Shown here: positions 37,128 through 44,970 of the stretch, one piece after another
How positions within the stretch are numbered: the first letter of the stretch is position 1
Layout: each line of letters opens with the position of its first letter
Source of the DNA: a virus
Taxonomy: Duplodnaviria > Caudoviricetes
Reading direction: 5' to 3' (one strand)
Length of the DNA: 44,970 nucleotides
IMG/VR virus record: IMGVR_UViG_3300000872_000015
Location: 1 to 44,970 of that record
The notes under the pieces: model-generated
Told to the model about the DNA's origin: nothing
What the model saw: the letters and a program-made list of their open reading frames with translations, nothing else
Database searches by the model: none
Translations under genes and position numbers: made by a program

Positions 37128-37913
37128 TTAAATTAGATTAATCCCTTCTACTACACCATTCCCAAGCCCATTGTTTTCAGATGTAGTATTGGGGTTGATA
37201 GGGCTTATTTTTATAAAGAATTTATCTTTGTCGAAATACTTTTTAATTTCTTCAATGTCAAAATCAGATTCGTCAACAAGTGTCAGATTTATTGTAGTCT
37301 TTAAATTACTTTCGGTTCTAATCTCGCCAAGTTCTTTAATTGAAAGTTTCTTTTTAAAAGGAATTAACCAATCCCTATGGGATTCGTCTAAGCTATGTAA
37401 TGAAAGTTGTAATGTAATATTGCCTTTTATCCAACTAAAGTCAGAACCTTTCACTCCGATTGTAGAAATGTAATGATGTGTGTGTGGATATTCGTCGCTT
37501 ATAATCTCGATAGCCTCTTTAACTGCATCTATATTTAGGAATGGCTCTCCCATTCGGGTATAGTTTATCTTAAACTCTTTTGCTTTATTTGGATTAAATG
37601 CTGTGTTTTTGGCAAGAATAAATTGCACTTGCTCAACTATTTCGTCCGTTGTTAGGTTTCTCCAACCTTTCATTTGCCCTGTCGCACAGAATTTACATCT
37701 AACAGGACAACCGCTCATACAGCTGACACCAATCATCCATCGTTCTGTTCTGTTTCCTAAATTGGAATTATCGAGAAAGTTTTGTTTTCTTCCTATTGCA
37801 TCTTTCGTGTAGTATGGTAAAAATGTATCGGTTGTTTCAATTAGTTTCCCATCCTCTAATTGTAGGCAATATACGCTGCCATTTGCGAAACTTTTACTCT
37901 TTAATACTTTCAT
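37128..37913 (-). CDS. RlmN/Cfr-like radical SAM enzyme, N-terminal part
   Basis: IET, VSCMSGCPVRCKFCATG, RNLTTDEIVEQV, MGEPFLN, IST.G, LQLSLHS; lacks the C-terminal AACGQL. Confidence 0.9.
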   Translation of the reverse strand: MKVLKSKSFANGSVYCLQLEDGKLIETTDTFLPYYTKDAIGRKQNFLDNSNLGNRTERWMIGVSCMSGCPVRCKFCATGQMKGWRNLTTDEIVEQVQFILAKNTAFNPNKAKEFKINYTRMGEPFLNIDAVKEAIEIISDEYPHTHHYISTIGVKGSDFSWIKGNITLQLSLHSLDESHRDWLIPFKKKLSIKELGEIRTESNLKTTINLTLVDESDFDIEEIKKYFDKDKFFIKISPINPNTTSENNGLGNGVVEGINLI

Positions 37914-38029
37914 AATATTTATTATTTGGTTTTAAAAATATCGGGTACAAAAAGCATTCGTGCGAAACATCCCCGATGTGTTTACTTATATTCATTTTCC
38001 ACCTACTTATAGGAAATTGGGTCTGAATG

Positions 38030-38161
38030 TGGTACTGGCAGGATTCGAACCTGCATGTGTGCTGCACTTTGTCTTAGCATAGTCGCTCGTATAGACACTT
38101 ATCCCCAGACCGAGCAGTCTATATTCTTTTGCGATGCGTCTACCAATTTCGCCACAGTACC
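38030..38161 (-). ncRNA. 132-nt tRNA-Leu-like RNA with greatly expanded anticodon arm
   Basis: GGTACTG/CAGTACC acceptor with A73, GCGAAATTGGTAGACGC D arm, GCAGG-TTCGAAT-CCTGC T arm; anticodon arm replaced by nested TCGC/GCGA and TATAGAC/GTCTATA stems. Confidence 0.75.
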
Positions 38162-38365
38162 GTGTTGCCCTACAAAGAGTAATCGACTTTACGTTATTTC
38201 ATAGGGCTATTGATTTCAATAGTCCTTCTATTTACTTGATACCCCCTGTATCTCGGCGCATGTCGCTAACAGGTTCGTTTATACCGTCCTTATCGGGACG
38301 TTGGAATGCTCTCTGCGGATTGACTGACTAACTTACAGCCGTTTTTATCGTGCAATCCATTTGTG

Positions 38366-38438
38366 TAGCGGGAGAGGGATTCGAACCCCCGACCTGTTGA
38401 TTATGAGCCAACCGAGCTACCAACTGCTCCATCCCGCA
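38366..38438 (-). tRNA. tRNA with CAT anticodon, initiator-like acceptor stem
   Basis: Canonical cloverleaf; CT-CAT-AA loop; U1:U72 mismatch; CCA not encoded. Confidence 0.9.
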
Positions 38439-38482
38439 ATATTTTCGATTTTCCAAAAACTAAATATTCGCCGCCCAAAGTA

Positions 38483-38659
38483 TCATAGACAACCCGCAAA
38501 CGCTTCCTCTTCGTGGTACTTGCGGTTACATATGCCTTTTAAAATTTCTTTAGCCTCTTCGCTGTCAGCTTCATCTGACCATGCGCTTATTTTGCCCCAG
38601 TATATATTGTGTAGAAACTCAGCTTCCTCAATTCTTTTTTTGTCTTTTGTGCTTATCAT
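38483..38659 (-). CDS. 58-aa hypothetical protein (MISTKDKKRIEEAEF...)
   Basis: Read directly from sequence; co-oriented with operon. Confidence 0.5.
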   Translation of the reverse strand: MISTKDKKRIEEAEFLHNIYWGKISAWSDEADSEEAKEILKGICNRKYHEEEAFAGCL

Positions 38660-38669
38660 GTTGCCTATT

Positions 38670-38837
38670 TTAATTTCTACCTACTCCCCAAAATTCATCT
38701 ACCCAAATTCCTCTAATCAACTCGGCATCTTCACGGTCAACCGCATAAGTTTTCTTAATAGTTTTTCCGCTGAACTTTTTTGAAACCAATATGCCCCTTG
38801 GGGTTTCGTCTATTTCGAATGTTGTTAATCCGTTCAT
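38670..38837 (-). CDS. Hypothetical protein (MNGLTTFEID...)
   Basis: Likely ATG at 38837. Confidence 0.5.
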   Translation of the reverse strand: MNGLTTFEIDETPRGILVSKKFSGKTIKKTYAVDREDAELIRGIWVDEFWGVGRN

Positions 38838-38930
38838 TTGGTTTGTTTTTTTTGTTAAAAGGCGGGAGCCGACTTGTGCCAAGTAGTACCGACCCCCTAA
38901 CCTTAACAGTAAAGCCTCCACAGCCCTAAA

Positions 38931-39233
38931 TCATAATCCCATTGAAGATTTCCAAGCTTCATAGGTGTCTCTCCTTATTTTTAATCTATGCCCCTCTAAA
39001 ACCATTGGAAGGGGATTCTCGCTTTCATACATTCTCCGGTCTAATGTTTTTCTGCTTATGCCTAAATCAGTCATTATATCCTTTGCGGTAAGTAATTCCG
39101 CTTTGCTCTTAGGCTCTTTTCTCTCACGTTTTAAATCTTCTCGTAGCCCCTTTATTTCATCAATAAGCGCGGTTAATTCAACATACTTAACCGTTACGGT
39201 TTCCTCCTTTATGTCGATTATTGAATTAGGCAT
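38931..39233 (-). CDS. Excisionase/AlpA-like HTH protein
   Basis: LLTAKDIMTDLGISRKTLDRR. Confidence 0.75.
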   Translation of the reverse strand: MPNSIIDIKEETVTVKYVELTALIDEIKGLREDLKRERKEPKSKAELLTAKDIMTDLGISRKTLDRRMYESENPLPMVLEGHRLKIRRDTYEAWKSSMGL

Positions 39234-39639
39234 AATAGCAATCGTCTTTTCTTGTTTTTCTACCTCGTTTGGCTTTTGCCACTTTGGTCTCTTTGGCTCG
39301 TTTAGCGCGGTTGAAATCTCCTAAATCTTGATAGATGATAAGTATTTGCATTGCAAGGAAGCTACATGCCAATATTGTGCGTAGCGGATGTGCCGTATCA
39401 ATCACGTATTTCTTAATCGCTTCTTCTATCTCGCGTACAGTTTTACCTAAAGCCTTGGCAATGGTTAAGCGAGTAATATCCGCAAGATTGTGTGTCCCCG
39501 TTTTGGCATAAATATTCTTTGTATGTGCAACAGCTGTATATTCGCTGATATATAGTTTAGTACTTACCTCTTTGCGTGTTTTTCCTAATGCCAAGTTTCC
39601 GGCTATCTCACGCTCACGCTTACTTAAATGATCTTTCAT
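39226..39639 (-). CDS. LuxR-type HTH regulator
   Basis: LSKREREIA..LALG..RKEV..KLYISEYT...H.KNIY.K. Confidence 0.85.
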   Translation of the reverse strand: MKDHLSKREREIAGNLALGKTRKEVSTKLYISEYTAVAHTKNIYAKTGTHNLADITRLTIAKALGKTVREIEEAIKKYVIDTAHPLRTILACSFLAMQILIIYQDLGDFNRAKRAKETKVAKAKRGRKTRKDDCYYA

Positions 39640-39815
39640 ACGGCAAGGGCTTTTAAAGATTCGCGAACTTGGTAATACTCTTCAAACTTCTGATTTGAAG
39701 TCCATGGCATCATCTCAATTTGGCTTTTGATTATTTCCAAATATCTTTTAGATCCTAGTCTTTCCACAAGATTTTTTTTGTGGCTATCTATTTCTTCAAT
39801 AGTTGGATTATACAT
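39636..39815 (-). CDS. 59-aa hypothetical protein (MYNPTIEEIDSH...)
   Basis: Stop overlaps the LuxR-type ATG (ATGA). Confidence 0.5.
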   Translation of the reverse strand: MYNPTIEEIDSHKKNLVERLGSKRYLEIIKSQIEMMPWTSNQKFEEYYQVRESLKALAV

Positions 39816-39833
39816 GGCACAGATTTTTTAATG

Positions 39834-40109
39834 TTAGTCTTGGAGTTGTTTGATATATTCGCCGTTGTCGGCATTGATATTAAGTCCCGCAAAAGCTTCG
39901 CGGATAAAATACTGTTCGGGTTTTGTGATGCGAACATCTCCCTTTCTTTTTTGATGAAAGGTCTTTTCCGTACTCCAATCGCATTCATACATTAGTTTAT
40001 CTCTAAACTGCACCTGCATCGATTGAGGTACCATACCATACGCACAAATGAAATTTTTTAACTCATTTGAGGTATTTTGTTTTGCGTTATTATTTCCTAA
40101 ATTTGTCAT
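39834..40109 (-). CDS. Cro-like first early gene
   Basis: Divergent from CI; WSTEKTFHQKRKG HTH-like segment. Confidence 0.6.
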   Translation of the reverse strand: MTNLGNNNAKQNTSNELKNFICAYGMVPQSMQVQFRDKLMYECDWSTEKTFHQKRKGDVRITKPEQYFIREAFAGLNINADNGEYIKQLQD

Positions 40110-40118
40110 TGTGTTGTT

Positions 40119-40203
40119 AGAAATATATTTTTTACGTTTACAAATATAGGAAAATATTTCTCATTTGTGCAAATATTTCTCAATTAAAGAGAAATATTTT
40201 CTT
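40119..40203. promoter_or_regulatory. Lysis/lysogeny switch: operators and early promoter
   Basis: Quasi-palindromes built on AAATATTT at 40148-40162, 40169-40181, 40189-40203, plus a degenerate copy at 40119; minus-strand TTTG-N21-TATATTTG (40173-40141). Confidence 0.75.
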
Positions 40204-40219
40204 ATTTATTTTCTTTTTT

Positions 40220-40822
40220 ATGGAAATTACCGCAGATACTATTAAATCATATTTGCTCGAAAAGGGCATCACTCAAGGTGAAATGGCTGATAAAATTGGG
40301 GTTACTCGGAGGACATTGTCTAACTATTTAACCGGTGACAAAGAAATTCCATTGTCTATCAAAAAATTATTAGAGTATGAAATATTTTCTCACTCTGCTA
40401 AAATAGAAGATAATTTAGAAGCTGATTTGATTCCTCTTTTGCCGATTTCCGCACAGGGAGGTTCCCTAACAGAATTCACAGTACAGCTAAAAGATAACGG
40501 AAATGATTGGGAGCGCATAGTATCGCCGATTAAAAATGTTGACTTCGCAATACCAATTTCGGGAGACAGCATGGCACCCGAATATCCGCAGGGCGCAAAA
40601 GTCCTTATTAAAAAGATAAACGAAAAAGCATTTATTGAGTGGGGTAAAGTGTACGTACTTGATACATGTAACGGGATAATAATTAAAAAAGTAGAACCTA
40701 TTGCCGGAGAGGATAATTGCGTTTTATGCGTTTCCCTTAACCCAAATTATAAGCCTTTCAAGGTGTGTTTCTCCGATATAAACGGATTTTACCGTGTATT
40801 AATGGTAATGAGTCTAAAATAA
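40220..40822 (+). CDS. CI-like repressor (XRE HTH + S24 peptidase)
   Basis: GITQGEMADKIGVTRRTLSNY; ISGDSMAP; IIKK. Confidence 0.92.
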   Translation: MEITADTIKSYLLEKGITQGEMADKIGVTRRTLSNYLTGDKEIPLSIKKLLEYEIFSHSAKIEDNLEADLIPLLPISAQGGSLTEFTVQLKDNGNDWERIVSPIKNVDFAIPISGDSMAPEYPQGAKVLIKKINEKAFIEWGKVYVLDTCNGIIIKKVEPIAGEDNCVLCVSLNPNYKPFKVCFSDINGFYRVLMVMSLK

Positions 40823-40828
40823 TAGTAT

Positions 40829-40984
40829 ATGGCTGAGTACTGTCCGAAATGCGCAAAAAAACTTGGTTTAGAGCCGGAAGAAAAACCCTTGCTTTGTGAG
40901 GGGTGCGGGCGGTATTTTTATAAGGTTAGTTTTTGGCAACGGATAAAAAACTTATTGTTAATCAATAAATCAAAACATAAATAA
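40829..40984 (+). CDS. 51-aa zinc-finger micro-protein (MAEYCPKC...CEGCG)
   Basis: Two CxxC pairs, directly after CI. Confidence 0.55.
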   Translation: MAEYCPKCAKKLGLEPEEKPLLCEGCGRYFYKVSFWQRIKNLLLINKSKHK

Positions 40985-40995
40985 AACCTCAAAAA

Positions 40996-41418
40996 GTGAA
41001 AAAAATAATTTTATTCTTTATTGTTGTAACAATTGTATCGTGTACTCCTGTAATTTACTACGGGCAGTCTGCAAGTTTTGTTGATTATTCCAAATATGAT
41101 ATATTTTTAACGGAGGCAAATTCCGTAAGTTTTGATTATGAGGCAATCGGGAGTGTCAACGTATGTGTTACCTCGGGCGTAGATAAGAATAAAAAAGAAA
41201 CCGCTAAGCGCGAAAATAAGTCTATGGATAATATTTACGAAGATGGAAATCGTCGCTCTGATTACAGAGTTGCAACATTAAGCGAGGCCCTATATTTAGC
41301 GGTTAACGAAGCTAAAAGCAAAGGAGGCAACGCCATAATTGGGCTACAATACAATTCTATCGTTAGTGTAAATGGGACAATAAAATGGTATGTGTCCGGA
41401 ATGGTAGTTAAAAGGTAG
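40996..41418 (+). CDS. Lipoprotein, YbjQ-like C-terminus
   Basis: Lipobox IVSC; EAKSKGGNAIIG...SGMVVK. Confidence 0.7.
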   Translation: MKKIILFFIVVTIVSCTPVIYYGQSASFVDYSKYDIFLTEANSVSFDYEAIGSVNVCVTSGVDKNKKETAKRENKSMDNIYEDGNRRSDYRVATLSEALYLAVNEAKSKGGNAIIGLQYNSIVSVNGTIKWYVSGMVVKR

Positions 41419-41424
41419 GCATCT

Positions 41425-41724
41425 ATGAAAACAATACAATACAGCTCAAAAGAAAGTTCGTATAAATTAATAAATGGAATCGGAGTTACGGTATTAACGC
41501 TTGGAATTATTATTTCCGCTCTTGGTTTTGTTATTGGATTTGGCGACACGAATGTTCAATTTATCGCTTATTCCATTGGTGTCTTTTTTTCGTCTCTTTT
41601 TTGTTATGCTATTTGTCGCGGAATATCAGAATTAGTTTTTCGGGCATATTTAAAGGGAAAATTGGACGAATTTAATATGCAGGAAAACGACATAACCTAT
41701 GAAGAAACGAAATCAATTATATAA
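41425..41724 (+). CDS. Two-TM membrane protein
   Basis: Two hydrophobic helices. Confidence 0.6.
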   Translation: MKTIQYSSKESSYKLINGIGVTVLTLGIIISALGFVIGFGDTNVQFIAYSIGVFFSSLFCYAICRGISELVFRAYLKGKLDEFNMQENDITYEETKSII

Positions 41725-41727
41725 GGT

Positions 41728-42588
41728 ATGTTTACCCTAACCTTTACAAAAAGCAGCTCTAAAAGGTACGCCGAAGCCGTTGAATTAGCCAAGAATTTAG
41801 GGGCTTTGATTGACGAAAAGGGGACCGCAACTCTTAATATAGAGGGGGCAAGTCTCCTTTTCGCCTATCGTACTTTATTTCCGCTTATTGAAATAATTAG
41901 TAAATGGTCGGGAACTTCAGCTACATATAAAGGAGCTGCTGTTTATCCGTACCGGTTTATTTTCGGAATATGGAATACTGTTGCAGTATGCTCTGCAAAA
42001 ATGAACGAGACTGGAAGCCCTAACCATTGCCATAAATCGCCGTCGGAAAAAGGATGGGGGTGTAAACATGTCAATATAATTAAGCGGCATTTGTACGGAA
42101 CTGGGGATTATGAAAAGGGACACCCATTTTGGTATAATTACGGAAGTTTCTCAAAAAACGGCGACTGGATAATCGATAAAAATGCGATTTTCGACAAGCT
42201 AAAAGCCCAAATATCTTCACAAGGATATGATGTTTGCCCATTTTTCAGTATGGCTAAAATCCGCAATGAGGTATTTAACGAGTTGCCCGATAAAATAATA
42301 ATCGACCACGTAACCTTTAGGGCGCATTTCGAGGTAAGATATGATAAAGGAGAAAGGGTAATTACTCCTGTAAATATCCGGCACGTTTACGATCCTGTAG
42401 AAAGCTACCGGAGACGGGAAAAGAAATTGATAAACGGATTAGCAAGTAGCATGTTTTATGCCGTTAACGAGCTTGAAGTGCCGGGAACGATTAAAGAACA
42501 TAACCAAATATTATCGGCTAAATTGGAACTACTGAAAGATACGGATAGGGTAGTTTGCGCCTTTGAGAATGGGGTTTGCAAAAACTGA
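41728..42588 (+). CDS. Hypothetical protein
   Basis: 286 aa; Cys motifs (C..HC..WGC..CP). Confidence 0.6.
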   Translation: MFTLTFTKSSSKRYAEAVELAKNLGALIDEKGTATLNIEGASLLFAYRTLFPLIEIISKWSGTSATYKGAAVYPYRFIFGIWNTVAVCSAKMNETGSPNHCHKSPSEKGWGCKHVNIIKRHLYGTGDYEKGHPFWYNYGSFSKNGDWIIDKNAIFDKLKAQISSQGYDVCPFFSMAKIRNEVFNELPDKIIIDHVTFRAHFEVRYDKGERVITPVNIRHVYDPVESYRRREKKLINGLASSMFYAVNELEVPGTIKEHNQILSAKLELLKDTDRVVCAFENGVCKN

Positions 42589-42649
42589 TTTGTATTTTTT
42601 GATACATCAAATTTTGATAAAACCCGATATTTTTGGCAATATTTATAAA

Positions 42650-42838
42650 TTATGATACTGGTTTGTCAATTTTAACAACCTCGATTTTCAACCCCAAAGG
42701 TTCTATCCATTTATTTAACTTCTCAATATAAGTAACTATCCGGCGTTTATTTACTCCGGTTTTAGCTTCGAAGTTTTTCCACGTGCCGGGGGTCTCTTTT
42801 ACCGCCTTGTCTATTTTTACTATCTCGTATTCAATCAT
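42650..42838 (-). CDS. Small HTH-like hypothetical protein
   Basis: Coupled ORF. Confidence 0.45.
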   Translation of the reverse strand: MIEYEIVKIDKAVKETPGTWKNFEAKTGVNKRRIVTYIEKLNKWIEPLGLKIEVVKIDKPVS

Positions 42839-43322
42839 TCTGTAAATCTTTATAATCTACTACATTAATGTCTTGTAACCCTTGGCTTTTCCTGTTAAAT
42901 CTTCCTGTTATTTGAGGCTCACAATCAATCATCTCAAGCTCTTTTCCGGTAATAGTAAAAAACTTATTTTGCAAATCATGCGCATATATAGCTCTTATTA
43001 TAATTTCAGGACTTCCATAGAACATAGGGTTTGACGCATCTATTCCTACAGGGTAATCGGACGTATCATTCCAATTATTTGGAGCATCAAAAACAGCGTA
43101 ATCGTGGTCGAATACATGTTCTGAGCTTTGTTTAAAGTTAAATTTTAAAAGCAGTGCCGGCGTTAAAACAACAGGTTTAATGTCATTTATATCAACCGTA
43201 TACCAACCGGTTGCAGAATTATTGTGCAATACATTTACACTTTCCTTTGAAATTAAGTCTATTGGAACTATCTCGTCGTTCCATAATACCAAATTTCCTA
43301 TTCTTAGTTCTTTTGCTTCCAT
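42831..43322 (-). CDS. Hypothetical phage protein (MEAKELRIGNLV...)
   Basis: ELRIGN, IKPVVLT..LL.FNF, HDLQN.FF..TG.EL motifs. Confidence 0.6.
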   Translation of the reverse strand: MEAKELRIGNLVLWNDEIVPIDLISKESVNVLHNNSATGWYTVDINDIKPVVLTPALLLKFNFKQSSEHVFDHDYAVFDAPNNWNDTSDYPVGIDASNPMFYGSPEIIIRAIYAHDLQNKFFTITGKELEMIDCEPQITGRFNRKSQGLQDINVVDYKDLQND

Positions 43323-43836
43323 TATCTTATACGTTTTACCGGTGCAAAAATAAATTACAAGTTTCGCCAATCCCCAAAGAATTAAGCTCTTTTAATTCAA
43401 TTTCGTTAAAATCGTTTAGCTCGTGTAACTTTTCTAATGTTGTGGCATCTTCCATTTGGTCATCGCACACAAATAATTTTGTATTATCCATAGCAGTTAG
43501 TTTATCCATTTGTACCCTGTTTTTTCAAAAAGCTCTTGTTTTGTTGCTTCCATTATTTCGCTATCGGATGAGCCGTGTTCAATAGCTTCTACCAAATAGT
43601 AATATTCACTTTCTATTATTTGCTCAAATGTCATAGTCTAATTTTTTAAGGCGTTCCACCAAAAGTTTATAGTCATTAAAGAAATCCCGCTTTTATTTGA
43701 AAGCGTATTAAGAAAATCAATGTTGTATGTTTCTTGTTTTCTTATCGCTTGTTTTACCTCTTTTGCAGTCATTTGATGTACTATTTATTTGTTTTATGCT
43801 GCTAAATTGGCAGATAATTACAAACAATGCAAATAA

Positions 43837-44970
43837 TTACATTAATTTCTTTGTGTCATTTAATATTTTATGCTTTAAAATCTTTGCATAAATCTGCGTA
43901 GTTTTGATATTTGAATGCCCCAACATCTTACTTACCGTTTCAATAGGAACATCATTAGATAGCGTTACAGTTGTTGCAAAAGTATGTCTGGCCATGTGGA
44001 ACGTCAAACGCTTTTTTATTCCGCACAAATCGGCAATTTCTTTTAAATAAGCGTTTGTCCGCTGATTGGTTATAATCGGCAAAACATAGTCGTAACGCTC
44101 AAGGATAGCTTTTGCTTTTGGAAATACAGGAACGGTATAATAAGAGTTTGTTTTAATTCTTTTATTCGTTATCCATTCCACATCGTCCTCAAATTCTATA
44201 TCTTCTTTTGTGAAGCTTTCTAAATCTTTAAATCCTATGCCCGTATAACAGGAAAGAATAAACATGTCTCGTACTCGGGCAATTCTACAGATTTCAAAAT
44301 CCTTGCTCTCAATTTTTGAGAGTTCTTCAGCTGTTAGGTACTTTCTATCGGTTGGCTCGGGCGCGTCAGGTTTGAATCTTAAATACGGGTTTTTTTCAAA
44401 TTTCAATATTCCTTTGTCCGTTGCTTTTTTAATAAATAGTTTGAGGACCTTATGCTGTTTGTGAACTGTTGATTTACTTAACCCCTTTTTTTTGAGATAA
44501 TGGTCAAAGTCAAGAATATTATTGTAGGTAATATCCGCATAGCTTTTAATTTTGCCGTGCCTCTTAATATGGGACAGGCAGGTGTTATAATTACTAATTG
44601 TACTATCTGTTCTGCCTGAATTCCACGCTTCAACTTCAAAGAATTTAATAAAATCCCCGTCCGGAGTGTCGTTTAGTATTTCCGTGAGCCTATTGAAGTC
44701 AAGCTCATTTCCTTGCTGTATTTGTTTAAACTCTTCGGCTTCTATCTTAGATTTAAAATCTGAGAGGTATTTATTAATCTCGATCTTATTTGGTACCTGT
44801 TTAACTTCTTGCTTCTTTTCGTCCCAACATTTAGGGGTAATGTAGACCCCGGTACTAATATATTTTTGGGTACTACTTTTTGTTAAACGTAACTGTATTA
44901 GGGCTTTACCGTGTCCGTTTAGCTTGTTTTTCCGGTTGAACACAAACCGATATAAAATCTTTTTTGGCAT
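43837..44970 (-). CDS. int: Tyrosine integrase, Bacteroidota type (arm-binding, core-binding and catalytic domains)
   Basis: YISTGV....W; LTFHMARHTFAT; MLGHSNIKTTQIY. Confidence 0.95.
   Translation of the reverse strand: MPKKILYRFVFNRKNKLNGHGKALIQLRLTKSSTQKYISTGVYITPKCWDEKKQEVKQVPNKIEINKYLSDFKSKIEAEEFKQIQQGNELDFNRLTEILNDTPDGDFIKFFEVEAWNSGRTDSTISNYNTCLSHIKRHGKIKSYADITYNNILDFDHYLKKKGLSKSTVHKQHKVLKLFIKKATDKGILKFEKNPYLRFKPDAPEPTDRKYLTAEELSKIESKDFEICRIARVRDMFILSCYTGIGFKDLESFTKEDIEFEDDVEWITNKRIKTNSYYTVPVFPKAKAILERYDYVLPIITNQRTNAYLKEIADLCGIKKRLTFHMARHTFATTVTLSNDVPIETVSKMLGHSNIKTTQIYAKILKHKILNDTKKLM

Noticed and set aside
37100-37140. Programmed frameshift or readthrough joining the radical SAM ORF and the AACGQL peptide
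   Set aside because: The peptide frame has a stop just upstream, there is no in-frame slippery heptamer, and readthrough in frame 0 meets TGA after four codons.
38030-38161. tmRNA or group I intron-containing tRNA
   Set aside because: There is no G3-U70 alanine identity or tag ORF, and the insert is far too short for a group I intron.
36761-38783. ORFs 36761-36991 (-), 38134-38331 (+) and 38361-38783 (+)
   Set aside because: They overlap tRNA or tRNA-like elements and are likely spurious.
43837-44970. Integrase inactive (YTGIG instead of TGxR), or acting as the IntI for the attC sites
   Set aside because: Substitution at this Arg position is known in Bacteroides IntDOT-type integrases and HxxR, H and Y are intact. 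It has an arm-binding domain and no evident IntI-specific insertion.

Overview
The window is nearly a whole temperate siphovirus prophage of a Bacteroidota host. Evidence for the host is TAnnTTTG promoters, Gln-first signal peptides and a Bacteroides-type tyrosine integrase. Most genes are on the minus strand. From right to left they are: integrase; accessory genes; CI/Cro switch; early operon (Xis-like, tRNA cluster, radical SAM, ERF/exonuclease/NinB/NinG/SSB, helicase-methylase, ASCH, Dam, replication initiator with iterons, DnaC-like, DnaA-domain-IV protein); a plus-strand moron; then late genes (ParB-like, ABC-ATPase/GNAT, formyltransferase, TerS, TerL, portal, MuF, scaffold, capsid, neck, tail, tape measure, tail fibre, holin). 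No endolysin or att site is visible. The most notable observations are: (1) an RlmN/Cfr-like radical SAM enzyme whose catalytic AACGQL segment is on a separate unannotated 40-aa ORF, which lacks the resolving Cys and is flanked by tRNA-like RNAs with aberrant anticodon arms; (2) an integron-like attC cassette array in the early operon with genes on the attC bottom strand; (3) a packaging-adjacent ParB + frameshifted ABC-GNAT + formyltransferase locus, a candidate DNA-modification system; (4) a MuF protein with a toxin-like extension abutted by a convergent small RNA rather than an immunity gene; (5) twin late promoters with a shared activator box and leader terminator, plus a complementary segment in the early transcript; (6) signal peptides on tail-fibre-region proteins. 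All family calls come from motif recognition by eye, not database searches.
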